From Eledone cirrhosa (lineage: Eukaryota): DNA of 64,000 nt. Positions within the stretch are counted from its first letter, which is position 1. Each line of letters starts with the position of its first letter. The position numbers and the translations under genes were made by a program. Below are positions 39,473 through 52,790 of the stretch, piece by piece. Location: positions 30,132,001 to 30,196,000 of the forward strand of contig OZ024754.1 of NCBI GenBank assembly GCA_964016885.1, read 5' to 3'. A model generated the notes under the pieces. The model had not been told where the DNA came from and searched no databases. It saw only the letters and a program-made list of their open reading frames with translations.

Positions 39473-40057
39473 GAGCGTAGATTTCTTAGACATTAATTTA
39501 GACCTTCACACACACACCTACAGACCCTTCCATAAGCTTAACGAAAAACTCAATTACATTCACAAGGACTCATGCCACCCTCCCACTGTTTTTAGAAACT
39601 TCGTAAAAAATATCAGTATTAGAATCTCAAACCTCTCCTCTAATAAGGCTATTTTTGACAGAGCGGCACCCTACTATAACACGGCGTTAGCTAACAGCGG
39701 CTTCTCGCAACCTATCACTTACTCTCCCACTAACAACAACAGCAATAAGAAAAGAAAGCGTAACAATAGACAAACTATCTGGTTCTCTCCTCCCTTCTCA
39801 CTCAACGTTAAAACCAATGTAGGCAAAACATTTCTAGCCCTCTTAGATAGACACTTTCCCATAGGTCATAAATGCCGCTCCATCTTTAACCGACATAAAG
39901 TAAAACTAGGATACTCTTGCGCTAAGAACATGAAGGCCCACATCACCAACAGCCCCAAGAGTAACACCCCACCATGGTGCTCTTGCAGAAAGCCCGAACC
40001 TTGTCCCCTTCAACAGCAACGCAACACACCCGCTGTAGTTTGTGAAGCTGTGGTCAC
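39473..40057 (+). mobile_element. PLE RT thumb plus linker, inverted relative to the adjacent 3' part
   Basis: VDFLDINLDL..YRPFHK..YIHKDSCHPP..NISIRISNLSS..WFSPPFS..KTNVGK..IFNRHKVKLGYSC. 39867-40057 is an inverted copy of 39282-39472. Confidence 0.92.
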
Positions 40058-40093
40058 TTCATTTATAATTTTATATACATGTCCTCTGTTTCA

Positions 40094-40805
40094 GGTCGTC
40101 AAGCAATGAGCACAGAACAAACTTGAAAACTCCGTCAGAAGCACTGGGATTGCTGCAGCAAGTGTATGGAGATGAGACGATGTCACGCTCACGTGTTTTT
40201 GAGTGGTGCAAGAGGTTTAAAGAAGAACGCGAGGACATGGAAGATGACCCCAGGAACGGAAGGCCCTCAATAACTAGGACTGAGGTCAACGTTGAACGCG
40301 TCAGGCAGATGGTGCGTAGCGATCGTCGGCTGACTGTTCGACTGATGGCAAATGAGTTGGGCATGAATCGGGACAGCGTCTGGAAGATTTTCACTGAAGA
40401 TTTGGACATGCGGAAAGTCTGCGCTAAGATGGTGCCAAAACTGCTGAACGATGACCAGAAGGGTCGACGAATGCAAGTGTGCCAGGACATCCTCGAGCAT
40501 CTTGAAACCGAACCAGACTTGCTAGGGACAGTCATCACCGGTGATGAGTCATGGATCTTCGAGTACGACCCGGAGGGGACCCGTTTTGAAAACGTGGACG
40601 ACATCAAAAAGGACGTGACGACGGAACTGCGGAAGGCCCCGGAAGAATCCTTCCAGGAGTACATGCAAGCGTGGCAGAAAAGGATGGAAAAGTGCATTAG
40701 ACTCCAGGGGGATTACTTTGAAGAAGAAAACTCTTAGTGTGAAGTTGGGGTTTGAAATAAATCTTTTGTGACATCAGTCCTGGAACTTTTCTGATCCACC
40801 TCGTA
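40094..40805 (+). mobile_element. mariner transposon with internally deleted transposase (ORF 40123-40737) and 3' TIR
   Basis: HTH region, GRP, VPKLL and ITGDESWIFEYDPE fused in frame to GTRF...GDYFE, so the second and third catalytic Asp are lost. TIR GGAACTTTTCTGATCCACCTCG-TA. Confidence 0.93.
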
Positions 40806-40899
40806 TACATATATATATATATATATGAATGTATATAGGTGTATAAATATATATATATATATATGTATATAGGTGGTGTATAAATATATATATACATAA

Positions 40900-40984
<85 letters not shown>

Positions 40985-40986
<2 letters not shown>

Positions 40987-41102
40987 CTTCACAAACAGTA
41001 AAAGAGTATATATATATATAAATGAAAGGTATAAAAAACATTACAGCAAAAAGCCAACAGTATATATATATATATATATACTCTTTTACTGTTTGTGAAG
41101 TA
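40985..41102. repeat. Short inverted repeat with (TA)n inner edges
   Basis: TACTTCACAAACAGTAAAAGAG(TA)n ... (TA)nCTCTTTTACTGTTTGTGAAGTA. Confidence 0.85.
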
Positions 41103-41407
41103 AGGGTTATGACTTGTTAAGTTGTATAATACATCCTGTCTGTCTCCCTCCCTGTCTCTCTCTATCTTTCTCTTTCTCTCTCTCTCGCTGTCTCCCTCTC
41201 CCCCTCTCTCTCTCTCTCTCTCTCTCCCTCTCCGTCTATCTTTCCCTCTCTCTCTCTCTCTCGCTGTCTCCCTCTCAGACTCTATCTCTCTCCCTCCATC
41301 TCACTCTCCCAATGTTTCTCTGTCCACGCAACAAAATATTAATAATTCAATTAACCGACGGTAATTTGATTAATTCTTGGTACTGACATAATGGTTATTG
41401 ACTCCAG

Positions 41408-41785
<378 letters not shown>

Positions 41786-41986
41786 GTTTTTATCTGAACT
41801 GTTTGACTGGAAATTCTTTTTTTTTAATATGTTGAAAACGGATTGTCTGTGGCTGAGAATATTTACACATCTATTCAGCTTCTTGCCGAATAAAGTTAGA
41901 AATGAGGTGCTGTGTCCCCAAAATTGGTTTCAATGGTGTAATCCTTAAAATATAATACTGGAGTCTCGGCGGGAGGGGGTCTTAAG

Positions 41987-44900
41987 AAGCCAGAGTACTC
42001 ACAATAAGCCAGAGTGGGATACCAGAAGGACACCAAACCACAGTCCTCACAATAAGCCAGAGTGGGATAACAAAAAAACACCAAGCCACAGTACTCACAA
42101 TAAGCCAGAGTGGGATACCAGAAGAACACCAAGCCACAGTACTCACAATGAGCCAGAGTGGGATAACAAAAGAACACCAAACCACAGTACTCACAATAAG
42201 CCAGAGTGGGACAACAAAAGAACACCAAGCCACAGTACTCACAATGAGCCAGAGTGGGATAACAAAAGAACACCAAACCACAGTACTCACAATAAGCCAG
42301 AGTGGGATACCAGAAGAACACCAAGCCACAGTACTCACAATGAGCCAGAGTGGGATAACAAAAGAACACCAAACCACAGTACTCACAATAAGCCAGAGTG
42401 GGACAACAAAAGAACACCAAGCCACAGTACTCACAATGAGCCAGAGCGGGATAACAAAAGAACACCAAGCCACAGTACTCACAATAAGCCAGAGTGGGAT
42501 ACCAGAAGGACACCAAGCCACAGTCCTCACAATAAGCCAGAGTGGGATAACAAAAAAACACCAAGCCACAGTACTACAATAAGCGAGAGTGGGATACCAG
42601 AAGAACACCAAGCCATAGTACTCACAATAAGCCAGAGTGGGACAACAAAAGAACACCAAGCCACAGTACTCACAATGAGCCAGAGTGGAATAACAAAAGA
42701 ACACCAAACCACAGTACTCACAATAAACCAGAGTGGGATACCAGAAGAACACCAAGCCACACTACTCACAATGAGCCAATGTGAGATAACAAAAAAACAC
42801 CAAGCCACAGTACTTACAATAAGCCAGAGTGGGATACCAGAAGAACACCAAGCCATAGTACTCACAATAAGCCAGAGTGGGACAACAAAAGAACACCAAG
42901 CCACAGTACTCACAATGAGCCAGAGTGGGATAACAAAAGAACACCAAACCACAGTACTCACAATAAACCAGAGTGGGATACCAGAAGAACACCAAGCCAC
43001 ACTACTCACAATGAGCCAATGTGAGATAACAAAAGAACACCAAACCACAGTACTCACAATAAGCCAGAGTGGGATACCAGAAGAACACCAAGCCACAGTA
43101 CTCACAATGAGCCAGAGTGGGATAACAAAAGAACACCAAGCCACAGTACTCACAATGAGCCAGAGTGGGATAACAAAAGAACACCAAACCACAGTACTCA
43201 CAATAAGCGAGAGTGGGACATCAAAAGAACACCAAGCCACAGTACTCACAATGAGCCAGAGTGGGATAACAAAAGAACACCAAGCCACAGTACTCACAAT
43301 AAGCCAGAGTGGGATACCAGAAGGACACCAAACCACAGTCCTCACAATGAGCCAGAGTGGGATAACAAAAGAACACCAAACCACAGTACTCACAATAAGC
43401 CAGAGTGGGATACCAGAAGAACACCAAGCCACAGTACTCACAATGAGCCAGAGTGGGATAACAAAAGAACACCAAACCACAGTACTCACAATAAGCCAGA
43501 GTGGGACAACAAAAGAACACCAAACCACAGTACTCACAATGAGCCAGAGCGGGATAACAAAAGAACACCAAGCCACAGTACTCACAATAAGCCAGAGTGG
43601 GATACCAGAAGGACACCAAGCCACAGTCCTCACAATAAGCCAGAGTGGGATAACAAAAAAACACCAAGCCACAGTACTTACAATAAGCGAGAGTGGGACA
43701 ACAAAAGAACACCAAGCCACACTACTCACAATAAGCCAGAGTGGGATACCAGAAGAACACCAAGCCACAGTACTCACAATGAGCCAGAGTGGGATAACAA
43801 AAGAACACCAAACCACAGTACTCACAATAAGCCAGAGTGGGATACCAGAAGAACACCAAACCACAGTACTCACAATGAGCCAGAGTGGGATAACAAAAGA
43901 ACACCAAACCACAGTACTCACAATAAGCCAGAGTGGGATAACAAAAGAACACCAAACCACAGTACTCACAATAAGCCAGAGTGGGATACCAGAAGAACAC
44001 TAAGCCACAGTACTCACAATGAGCCAGAGTGGGATAACAAAAGAACACCAAACACAGTACTCACAATAAGCCAGAGTGGGATACCAGAAGAACACCAAGC
44101 TACAGTACTCACAATGAGCCAGAGTGGGATAACAAAAGAACACCAAACCACAGTACTCACAATAAGCCAGAGTGGGATACCAGAAGAACACCAAACCACA
44201 GTACTCACAATGAGCCAGAGTGGGATAACAAAAGAACACCAAACCACAGTACTCACAATAAGCCAGAGTGGGATAACAAAAGAACACCAAACCACAGTAC
44301 TCACAATAAGCCAGAGTGGGATACCAGAAGAACACTAAGCCACAGTACTCACAATGAGCCAGTGTGGGATAACAAAAGAACACCAAACCACAGTACTCAC
44401 AATAAGCCAGAGTGGGACAACAAAAGAACACCAAGCCACAGTACTCACAATGAGCCAGAGTGGGATAACAAAAGAACACCAAACCACAGTACTCACAATA
44501 AACCAGAGTGGGATACCAGAAGAACACCAAGCCACACTACTCACAATGAGCCAATGTGAGATAACAAAAGAACACCAAACCACAGTACTCACAATAAGCC
44601 AGAGTGGGATACCAGAAGAACACCAAGCCACAGTACTCACAATGAGCCAGAGTGGGATAACAAAAGAACACCAAGCCACAGTACTCACAATGAGCCAGAG
44701 TGGGATAACAAAAGAACACCAAACCACAGTACTCACAATAAGCGAGAGTGGGACATCAAAAGAACACCAAGCCACAGTACTCACAATGAGCCAGAGTGGG
44801 ATAACAAAAGAACACCAAGCCACAGTACTCACAATAAGCCAGAGTGGGATACCAGAAGGACACCAAACCACAGTCCTCACAATGAGCCAGAGTGGGATAA

Positions 44901-45726
44901 CAAAAGAACACCAAACCACAGTACTCACAATAAGCCAGAGTGGGATACCAGAAGAACACTAAGCCACAGTACTCACAATGAGCCAGAGTGGGATAACAAA
45001 AGAACACCAAACACAGTACTCACAATAAGCCAGAGTGGGATACCAGAAGAACACCAAGCTACAGTACTCACAATGAGCCAGAGTGGGATAACAAAAGAAC
45101 ACCAAACCACAGTACTCACAATAAGCCAGAGTGGGATACCAGAAGAACACCAAACCACAGTACTCACAATGAGCCAGAGTGGGATAACAAAAGAACACCA
45201 AACCACAGTACTCACAATAAGCCAGAGTGGGATAACAAAAGAACACCAAACCACAGTACTCACAATAAGCCAGAGTGGGATACCAGAAGAACACTAAGCC
45301 ACAGTACTCACAATGAGCCAGTGTGGGATAACAAAAGAACACCAAACCACAGTACTCACAATAAGCCAGAGTGGGACAACAAAAGAACACCAAGCCACAG
45401 TACTCACAATGAGCCAGAGTGGGATAACAAAAGAACACCAAACCACAGTACTCACAATAAACCAGAGTGGGATACCAGAAGAACACCAAGCCACACTACT
45501 CACAATAAGCCAGAGTGGGATACCACAAGAACACCAAGCCACAGTACTCACAATGAGCCAGAGTGGGATAACAAAAGAACACCAAACCACAGTACTCACA
45601 ATAAGCCAGAGTGGGATACCAGAAGAACACCAAGCCACAGTACTCACAATGAGCCAGTGTGGGATAACAAAAGAACACCAAGCCACAGTACTCACAATAA
45701 GCCAGAGTGGGATACCAGAAGTACAC
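41987..45726. repeat. 48-bp satellite, about 78 copies, with higher-order structure
   Basis: Unit AGTACTCACAAT(A/G)AGCCAGAGTGGGATA(C/A)CA(G/A)AAGAACACCAA(G/A)CCAC. Identical variant blocks are offset by 240 bp and by 959 bp. Confidence 0.97.
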
Positions 45727-45869
45727 TACTTGAAAATCAAAGCTTTGACATCCGAAACATATCGTGGCTTTCGATTTAGAACAATTTGCAGTGAACTGAG
45801 AGAAATACATCTGACTTGAGGTGAAGCAAAGAATTGCTAAAAACCATCTCACGTATGGCAATGTAGAGA

Positions 45870-46700
45870 CAATGTTTAATGACTGATCTTAATGGGGTAA
45901 CGTACAGAGAACTGCTAAAAACTGGTCTTACATGAGAATAGCGACTGTACTAAAGACTAGTCTTATATGAGACAAGGTACAGAGAGTTTCTTACATGGAT
46001 TAAAGCATATAGAGTTTCTAATGACCGTCTTACAATGCGGCATGGTACAGTCAGTTGTTAAAGACTGGTCTTATACATAGATTAAAGCATATACACTTGC
46101 TAATGGCCATCTTACTTGGGACACAGTACAGAGTTGTTAATGACTGATCTTATATATATGAGACAAGGTAGAGATAGTTGTTAAAGACTGATCTTATACA
46201 TGAGACAAGGTAGAGACAGTTGTTACTGACTGATCTTATATATGCGACAAGGTACAGACAGTTGTGAACGACTGATCTTAGATATGGGACAAGGTACAAA
46301 CAGTTGTTAATGACTGATCTTATATATGAGACAAGGTAGAGAAAGTTGTTAATGACTGATCTTATACATGAGACAAGGTAGAGACAGTTGTTAGTGACTG
46401 ATCTTATATATGGGACAAGTTGTTAACGACTGATCTTATATATGCGACAAGATGCAGACAGTTGTTAATTACTAGTCTTATAAGTCTTATACATGGGACA
46501 AGATACAGACAGTTGTTAATGACTGGTCTTATATATGAGACAAGGTACAGACAGTTGTTAATAACATGTCTTCTATATGGGACTTCTTACAGACAGCTGT
46601 TAATGACTGGTCTTATATATGGGACTTCTTACAGACAGTTGCTAAAGACTAGTCTTATATGAAACACAGTACAGACAGTTGCTAAAGACTAGTCTTAAAT
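45870..46700. repeat. Degenerate ~42-44-bp minisatellite
   Basis: Unit approximately GTTGTTAATGACTGATCTTATATATGAGACAAGGTA(G/C)AGACA. Confidence 0.85.
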
Positions 46701-47111
46701 GGTGTTGAAACGGTCAAAGACTTAATTCCTGATCTGGAAGAAGAAAATAGATAGATGTATAACTGCAGACGTAGAAAAGGGATAGCTTTAAGGGCAGTGA
46801 TATTCACCAATAAAATATTTTGCACCTTCGCTGAATTTCTTCAATAGTATTTGAATATTTAGTCATAAAGAAACACAATAGTAACTTAATGTTTTATTCA
46901 TTAATTTCACTTGTTTAATTCAATTAACAATTTAATTTAATCAGTAAAATCCAATTATATTATTCCCGATATTTAATATATTTATTTGCAATATTTCCGC
47001 GAAAAATCTCAGGCAAAGGTCAAAAGCAAAATAGAAAAATAAAGAAAAAGGGGACAAAAATAAAACGTGTTTTCAAAATTAATCAAATTATCAAAAACAC
47101 AAAGGTGAGTC

Positions 47112-47540
47112 TGTTGTTGTTTTGTTGTTGTTGTTGTTGTTAATACTGTTGTTGTTACTGCTGTTGTTGGTGGTGTTGTTGTTATTTTTGTTGCTATTCG
47201 TGTTGCTGTTGTTGTTGTTTGTTATTGTTGCGGTTGTTGTTGTTGCTGTTATTGTTACTGTTGTGTTGTTGTTGTTGGTGTTGGTGTTGTTGCTGTTGCT
47301 GCTGGTTTGCTGTTCTTGTCGTTAATGTTGTTGTTGCTGCTGTTGTTGTTGCTACTGCTTGTGTTGCTGTTCTTGTTGTTGTTAATGTTGTTGTTGCTGT
47401 TGTTGGTGGTGGTGGTGTTGGAGGTGGTGGAGGTGTTGCTGTTCTTGTTGCTGTTAATGTTGCTGTTGTTGTTACAGCTGTTTCTATTGTTGCCGTTGTT
47501 GTATTTGTAGTTGGTGTTGTTGTTGCTTTGTTGTTGTGTT
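47112..47540. repeat. (GTT)n-based degenerate microsatellite
   Basis: Read directly from the sequence. Confidence 0.9.
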
Positions 47541-47817
47541 TGCTATAATACCAACCTTTCACGTTGACATCAATATGTAAAGTTATGTAGCATGGTCCCC
47601 ACCCTCTACGCACACACACATATATATATAGATTTATATATATATAACTATATTATAATTTGAGATTAAACTCTCAGTCGTTTACAATAAATCAGCTCCA
47701 GGAAAGGGGCATTTCGAGACAGACAAATTGTATTCACTTTAATTAGTTTATTTCATTAATAGCTAACTTTTTCTGTTACAATACAAACACGTTTTGTGTT
47801 TATCATATATATTAATG

Positions 47818-47891
<74 letters not shown>

Positions 47892-47892
<1 letters not shown>

Positions 47893-48527
47893 TAGCTAAA
47901 GTACACGTCCTTTGGACGGTTCAAGTAGCTTTCAATGTAGCTCATTAAACTAAACAAAGTAAATTTGAATACATAGAAGAAAAACGTACTTTATGTAAAC
48001 ATGAAAACCTTAGGTACTATTCCAGCGAAATAATTAATATGTGAGCTCGGTGTCATCCGTTATCCCATGTAACAACAGAAATCCAGTCTAGGTATAAATT
48101 TTTTTGACAACAGTAAAACCTTTTGTTTCAAGTACAAAGAGTAAAGTAAAATCCGAATGAGCCGAATTGTAATAATCAAAATCCACAAACAAAATTTTTT
48201 ACAACATCAAAAATAAGTTCCTGTTGTATTGACGAAAGATAACTCTTGACTTACTTAATCACGAAATATTGACGAAAGATAACTCTTAGCTTACTTAATC
48301 ACGAAAATTGACACAAATAACCGAAATTTTTTAATGTCTCCAAAGGCCCCAATATCGATTTTTGAAAGCCTTTGTAGATCATGTACAAGTTTTGTGCAAG
48401 GAGAAGCTCTGTAAAAAATTTCAAAGAAAACGTATGAATGGTTTAGAATATATGAGCCCTCATTAAAAATTGTCCACACACACATACACACACATACAGA
48501 AAACTAGATTTTTTATATATATACAGA
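47892..48527 (-). mobile_element. Non-autonomous Helitron
   Basis: Minus strand starts A|TCTGTATATATATAAAAA followed by a (TG)n tract. It ends with hairpin CGTCC-AAA-GGACG about 10 nt before CTAG|T. It is inserted between A and T within (TA)n. Confidence 0.85.
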
Positions 48528-48593
48528 TATATATATATATATACAATGATATTAAATAAATGGAAACTATATTTATAAAACCATATTTATTCT

Positions 48594-48646
48594 ATTATAT
48601 ATATTTCAAGGGTACCAAAATTTTGGTACGCTATCATCAGATAAAA
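48594..48646 (-). ncRNA. Hammerhead-like motif in a pLTR piece (48543-48790)
   Basis: TTTTAT-CTGATGA-TAGC.GTACCAAAATTTTGGTAC.CCTT-GAAA-TATATATAATAGAATAAA. Confidence 0.6.
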
Positions 48647-48784
48647 TACTAAGTGTGTTTTATAAATTTTGACATAACCAAGGAGAATATACCATAACGG
48701 TTCAAGCTTTCCTTGTCGAGTGCTCTGAATCAGTTATAAACATTTATATTTGTTGAATTACCAACAAATTGAATATCCCTTCTG

Positions 48785-48845
<61 letters not shown>

Positions 48846-48932
48846 ATAATAATAAATTTAAAGACTAAAATCCAAAGAGGGCTCGATAAGGATAAATATA
48901 TATCAAATATATAAGAACCGTAGAGCAAATAT

Positions 48933-49073
48933 TTATTAAAATAACAGATTAAAGTTTAAGCAAAGAATCGCTGCTTTCACCCTTAACGGGATCTTCTGAA
49001 ACAGTTTCAGAAGATCCCGTTAAAGGTGAAAGCAGCGATTCTTTGCTTAAACTTTAATCTGTTATTTTAATAA
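48933..49073. repeat. Near-perfect palindrome: 70-bp arms, 1-nt centre, 1 mismatch
   Basis: Centre TCTGAAAC-A-GTTTCAGA. The arm contains a degenerate hammerhead core CAGAAGA-TCCC.GTTAA.AGGT-GAAA. Confidence 0.92.
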
Positions 49074-49080
49074 CTATATA

Positions 49081-49126
<46 letters not shown>

Positions 49127-49347
49127 AGGTATATATATATATACGTCTGCGTGTGTGTATTGGTCGAGCTATACGCCAATCTTGAAGTTTTCTATTCTAT
49201 AGATACTTCTGATATTATTATAACAACTTCCATAAAGCTTAGCCTACATATTAATATCAAAGACAGGATATCATTTCATTCCATGATATAATATCATACA
49301 TATCGAATGGAATGAGACCACTAATGCAAACTTTACTTCGGGCAAAA

Positions 49348-49496
49348 ATAATTGTTTCTACTTTCGGCACAAGGCCAGCAATTAACCAGTACATTACTGG
49401 TACTTTATTTTATCGACCTCGTAAGGATGAAAGACAAAGTTAACTTTGGCGGGATTTGAACTCAGATCGTAAAGGGACGTAACTATGCTGGAAAGC
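49348..49496 (-). mobile_element. SINE family A, head cut off by the 27-bp minisatellite
   Basis: The reverse copy ends at ATGCTGGAAAGC. Confidence 0.9.
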
Positions 49497-51792
49497 TACA
49501 GTTTCCAGTTTGGGGCTATATCCTACAGTTTCCAGTTTGGGGCTATATCCTACAGTTTCCAGTTTGGGGCTATATCCTACAGTTTCCAGTTTGGGGCTAT
49601 ATCCTACAGTTTCCAGTTTGGGGCTATATCCTACAGTTTCCAGTTTGGGGCTATATCCTACAGTTCCCAGTTTGGGGCTATATCCTACAGTTTCCAGTTT
49701 GGGGCTATATCCTACAGTTTCCAGTTTGGGGCTATATCCTACAGTTTCCAGTGTTGGGCTATATCCTAGTTTCCAGTTTTGGGCTATATCCTACAGTTTC
49801 CAATTTTGGGTTATATCCTACAGTTTCCAGTTTTGGGCTATATCCTACAGTTTCCAGTTTTGGGCTATATCCTACAGTTTCCAATTTTGGGTTATATCCT
49901 ACAGTTTCCAGTTTGGGGCTATATCCTACAGTTTCCAGTTTGGGGCTATATCCTACAGTTTCCAGTTTTGGGCTATATCCTACAGTTTCCAGTTTGGGGC
50001 TATATCCTACAGTTTCCAGTTTGGGGCTATATCCTACAGTTTCCAGTTTGGGGCTATATCCTACAGTTTCCAGTTTTGGGCTATATCCTACAGTTTCCAG
50101 TTTTGGGCTATATCCTACAGTTTCCAATTTTGGGTTATATCCTACAGTTTCCAGTTTTGGGCTATATCCTACAGTTTCCAGTTTTGGGCTATATCCTACA
50201 GTTTCCAATTTTGGGTTTTATCCTACAGTTTCCAGTTTGGGGCTATATCCTACAGTTTCCAATTTTGGGTTATATCCTACAGTTTCCAGTTTGGGGCTAT
50301 ATCCTACAGTTTCCAGTTTTGGGCTATATCCTACAGTTTCCAGTTTGGGGCTATATCCTACAGTTTCCAATTTTGGGTTATATCCTACAGTTTCCAGTTT
50401 GGGGCTATATCCTACAGTTTCCAATTTTGGGTTATATCCTACAGTTTCCAGTTTTGGGCTATATCCTACAGTATCCAGTTTTGGGCTATATCCTACAGTT
50501 TCCAATTTTGGGTTATATCCTACAGTTTCCAGTTTGGGGCTATATCCTACAGTTTCCAATTTTGGGCTATATCCTACAGTTTCCAGTTTTGGGTTATATC
50601 CTACAGTTTCCAATTTTGGGTTATATCCTACAGTTTCCAGTTTGGGGCTATATCCTACAGTTTCCAATTTTGGGTTATATCCTACAGTTTCCAGTTTGGG
50701 GCTATATCCTACAGTTTCCAATTTTGGGCTATATCCTACAGTATCCAGTTTTGGGCTATATCCTACAGTTTCCAATTTTGGGTTATATCCTACAGTTTCC
50801 AGTTTTGGGCTATATCCTACAGTTTCCAATTTTGGGCTATATCCTACAGTTTCCAGTTTGGGGCTATATCCTACAGTTTCCAGTTTGGGGCTATATCCTA
50901 CAGTTTCCAGTTTGGGGCTATATCCTACAGTTTCCAGTTTGGGGCTATATCCTACAGTTTCCAATTTTGGGTTATATCCTACAGTTTCCAGTTTTGGGCT
51001 ATATCCTACAGTTTCCAGTTTGGGGCTATATCCTACAGTTTCCAGTTTTGGGCTATATCCTACAGTTTCCAGTGTTGGGCTATATCCTACAGTTTCCAGT
51101 TTTGGGCTATATCCTACAGTTTCCAGTTTTGGGCTATATCCTACAGTTTCCAGTTTGGGGCTATATCCTACAGTTTCCAGTTTTGGGCTATATCCTACAG
51201 TTTCCAGTTTTGGGCTATATCCTACAGTTTCCAGTTTTGGGCTATATCCTACAGTTTCCAGTTTTGGGTTATATCCTACAGTTTCCAGTTTTGGGCTATA
51301 TCCTACAGTTTCCAGTTTTGGGCTATATCCTACAGTTTCCAGTTTGGGGCTATATCCTACAGTTTCCAATTTTGGGTTATATCCTACAGTTTCCAGTTTG
51401 GGGCTATATCCTACAGTTTCCAGTTTTGGGCTATATCCTACAGTTTCCAGTTTGGGGCTATATCCTACAGTTTCCAATTTTGGGTTATATCCTACAGTTT
51501 CCAGTTTGGGGCTATATCCTACAGTTTCCAGTTTTGGGCTATATCCTACAGTTTCCAGTTTGGGGCTATATCCTACAGTTTCCAGTTTGGGGCTATATCC
51601 TACAGTTTCCAGTTTGGGGCTATATCCTACAGTTTCCAGTTTGGGGCTATATCCTACAGTTTCCAGTTTGGGGCTATATCCTACAGTTTCCAGTTTGGGG
51701 CTATATCCTACAGTTTCCAGTTTGGGGCTATATCCTACAGTTTCCAGTTTGGGGCTATATCCTACAGTTTCCAGTTTGGGGCTATATCCTAC
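49496..51792. repeat. 27-bp minisatellite, about 85 copies
   Basis: Unit CTACAGTTTCCA(G/A)TTT(G/T)GGG(C/T)TATATC. Confidence 0.97.
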
Positions 51793-51880
51793 ATAGAACC
51801 CTAACTCCATTTAAAGAATATGTTCGTAGACTTATAGAAAAATGTGGCTTATCTTGTAGCCAACATAATGTTGTTGTTGT

Positions 51881-52487
51881 TCTTCTTCTTCGGTTTCTTC
51901 TTCTTCTTCTTCTTCTTCTTCTTCTTCTTCTTCTTCTTCTTCTTCTTCTTTGTCTTTGTCTTCGTCTTCTTCTGCTACTTCTTCTTTTTCTTCTTCTGCT
52001 ACTTCTTCTTCGTATTCTTCTTCTTCTTCGGTTTCTTCTTCTTCTTCTTCTTCTTCTTCTTCTTCTTCTTCTTCTTCTTTTTCTTCTTCTGCTACTTCTT
52101 CTTCGTATTCTTCTTCTTCTTCGGTTTCTTCTTCTTCTTCTTCTTTTTCTTCTTCTGCTACTTCTTCTTCGTATTTTTCTTCTTCTTCGGTTTCTTCTTC
52201 TTCTTCATCTTCTTCTTCTTCTTCTTCTGCTACTTCTTCTTCATATTCTTCTTCTTCTTCGGTTTCTTCTTCTTCTTCTTCTTCTTCTTCGTCTTCTTCT
52301 GCTACTTCTTCATATTCTTCTTCTTCTTCGGTTTCTTCTTCTTCTTCTTCTTCTTCTTCTTCTTCTTCGTATTCTTCTCCTTCTTCTTCTTCTTCTTTGT
52401 CTTCTTCTTCTTCTTCTTCATATTCTTCTTCTTCTTCGTCTTCTTCTTTGTCTTCTTCTTCTTATTATTATTATTATTCTTCTTCTT
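51881..52487. repeat. (CTT)n microsatellite with recurring interruptions
   Basis: CGGTTT, CTGCTA and CGTATT interruptions recur in the same order. Confidence 0.95.
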
Positions 52488-52539
52488 GCCGTTGTTCTAC
52501 CTTTGTCGTTTCCAACAACGAGTCTTCCATTTGTTTGAA

Positions 52540-52790
52540 TAACGGAACAGCCTTTTTCGGGAGATTAACGTGCAAGTAGCGGAACATTCAATCGACAGAT
52601 GCGTGTACCCCTTAACGTATGTAACAAAGCTGACCCTTTCAAATGCTGTTACTCCATTATATTTCATTTTTGCCATGCTGAGTGGACTGGAGCCTCGTCA
52701 GACATAGTGTCCTACTCAAAGGCAAATTACGCCGCCGAGAATCGATCACACAATCTTCAGATTCCGAGTTGAACATCCTAACCACTACCC
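52540..52790 (-). mobile_element. SINE family B, degenerate near-full copy linking head and body
   Basis: AACGGAACAGCC..ATTAACGTGCAAGT..CGTGTACCCCTTAACGTA..GAGTGGACTGGAGC..CTAACCACTA. Confidence 0.6.

Noticed and set aside
41896-45861. Cys-rich metallothionein- or keratin-like and SQSG-repeat proteins
   Set aside because: They are satellite translations on both strands, with propagated frameshifts and stops.
46990-47110. Exon ending at AAG|GTGAGT
   Set aside because: There is no convincing acceptor or coding frame, and the sequence is A-rich and low complexity.
49485-52579. Very long ORFs (up to 919 aa)
   Set aside because: They are translations of a 27-bp repeat and (CTT)n that are open in several frames at once.
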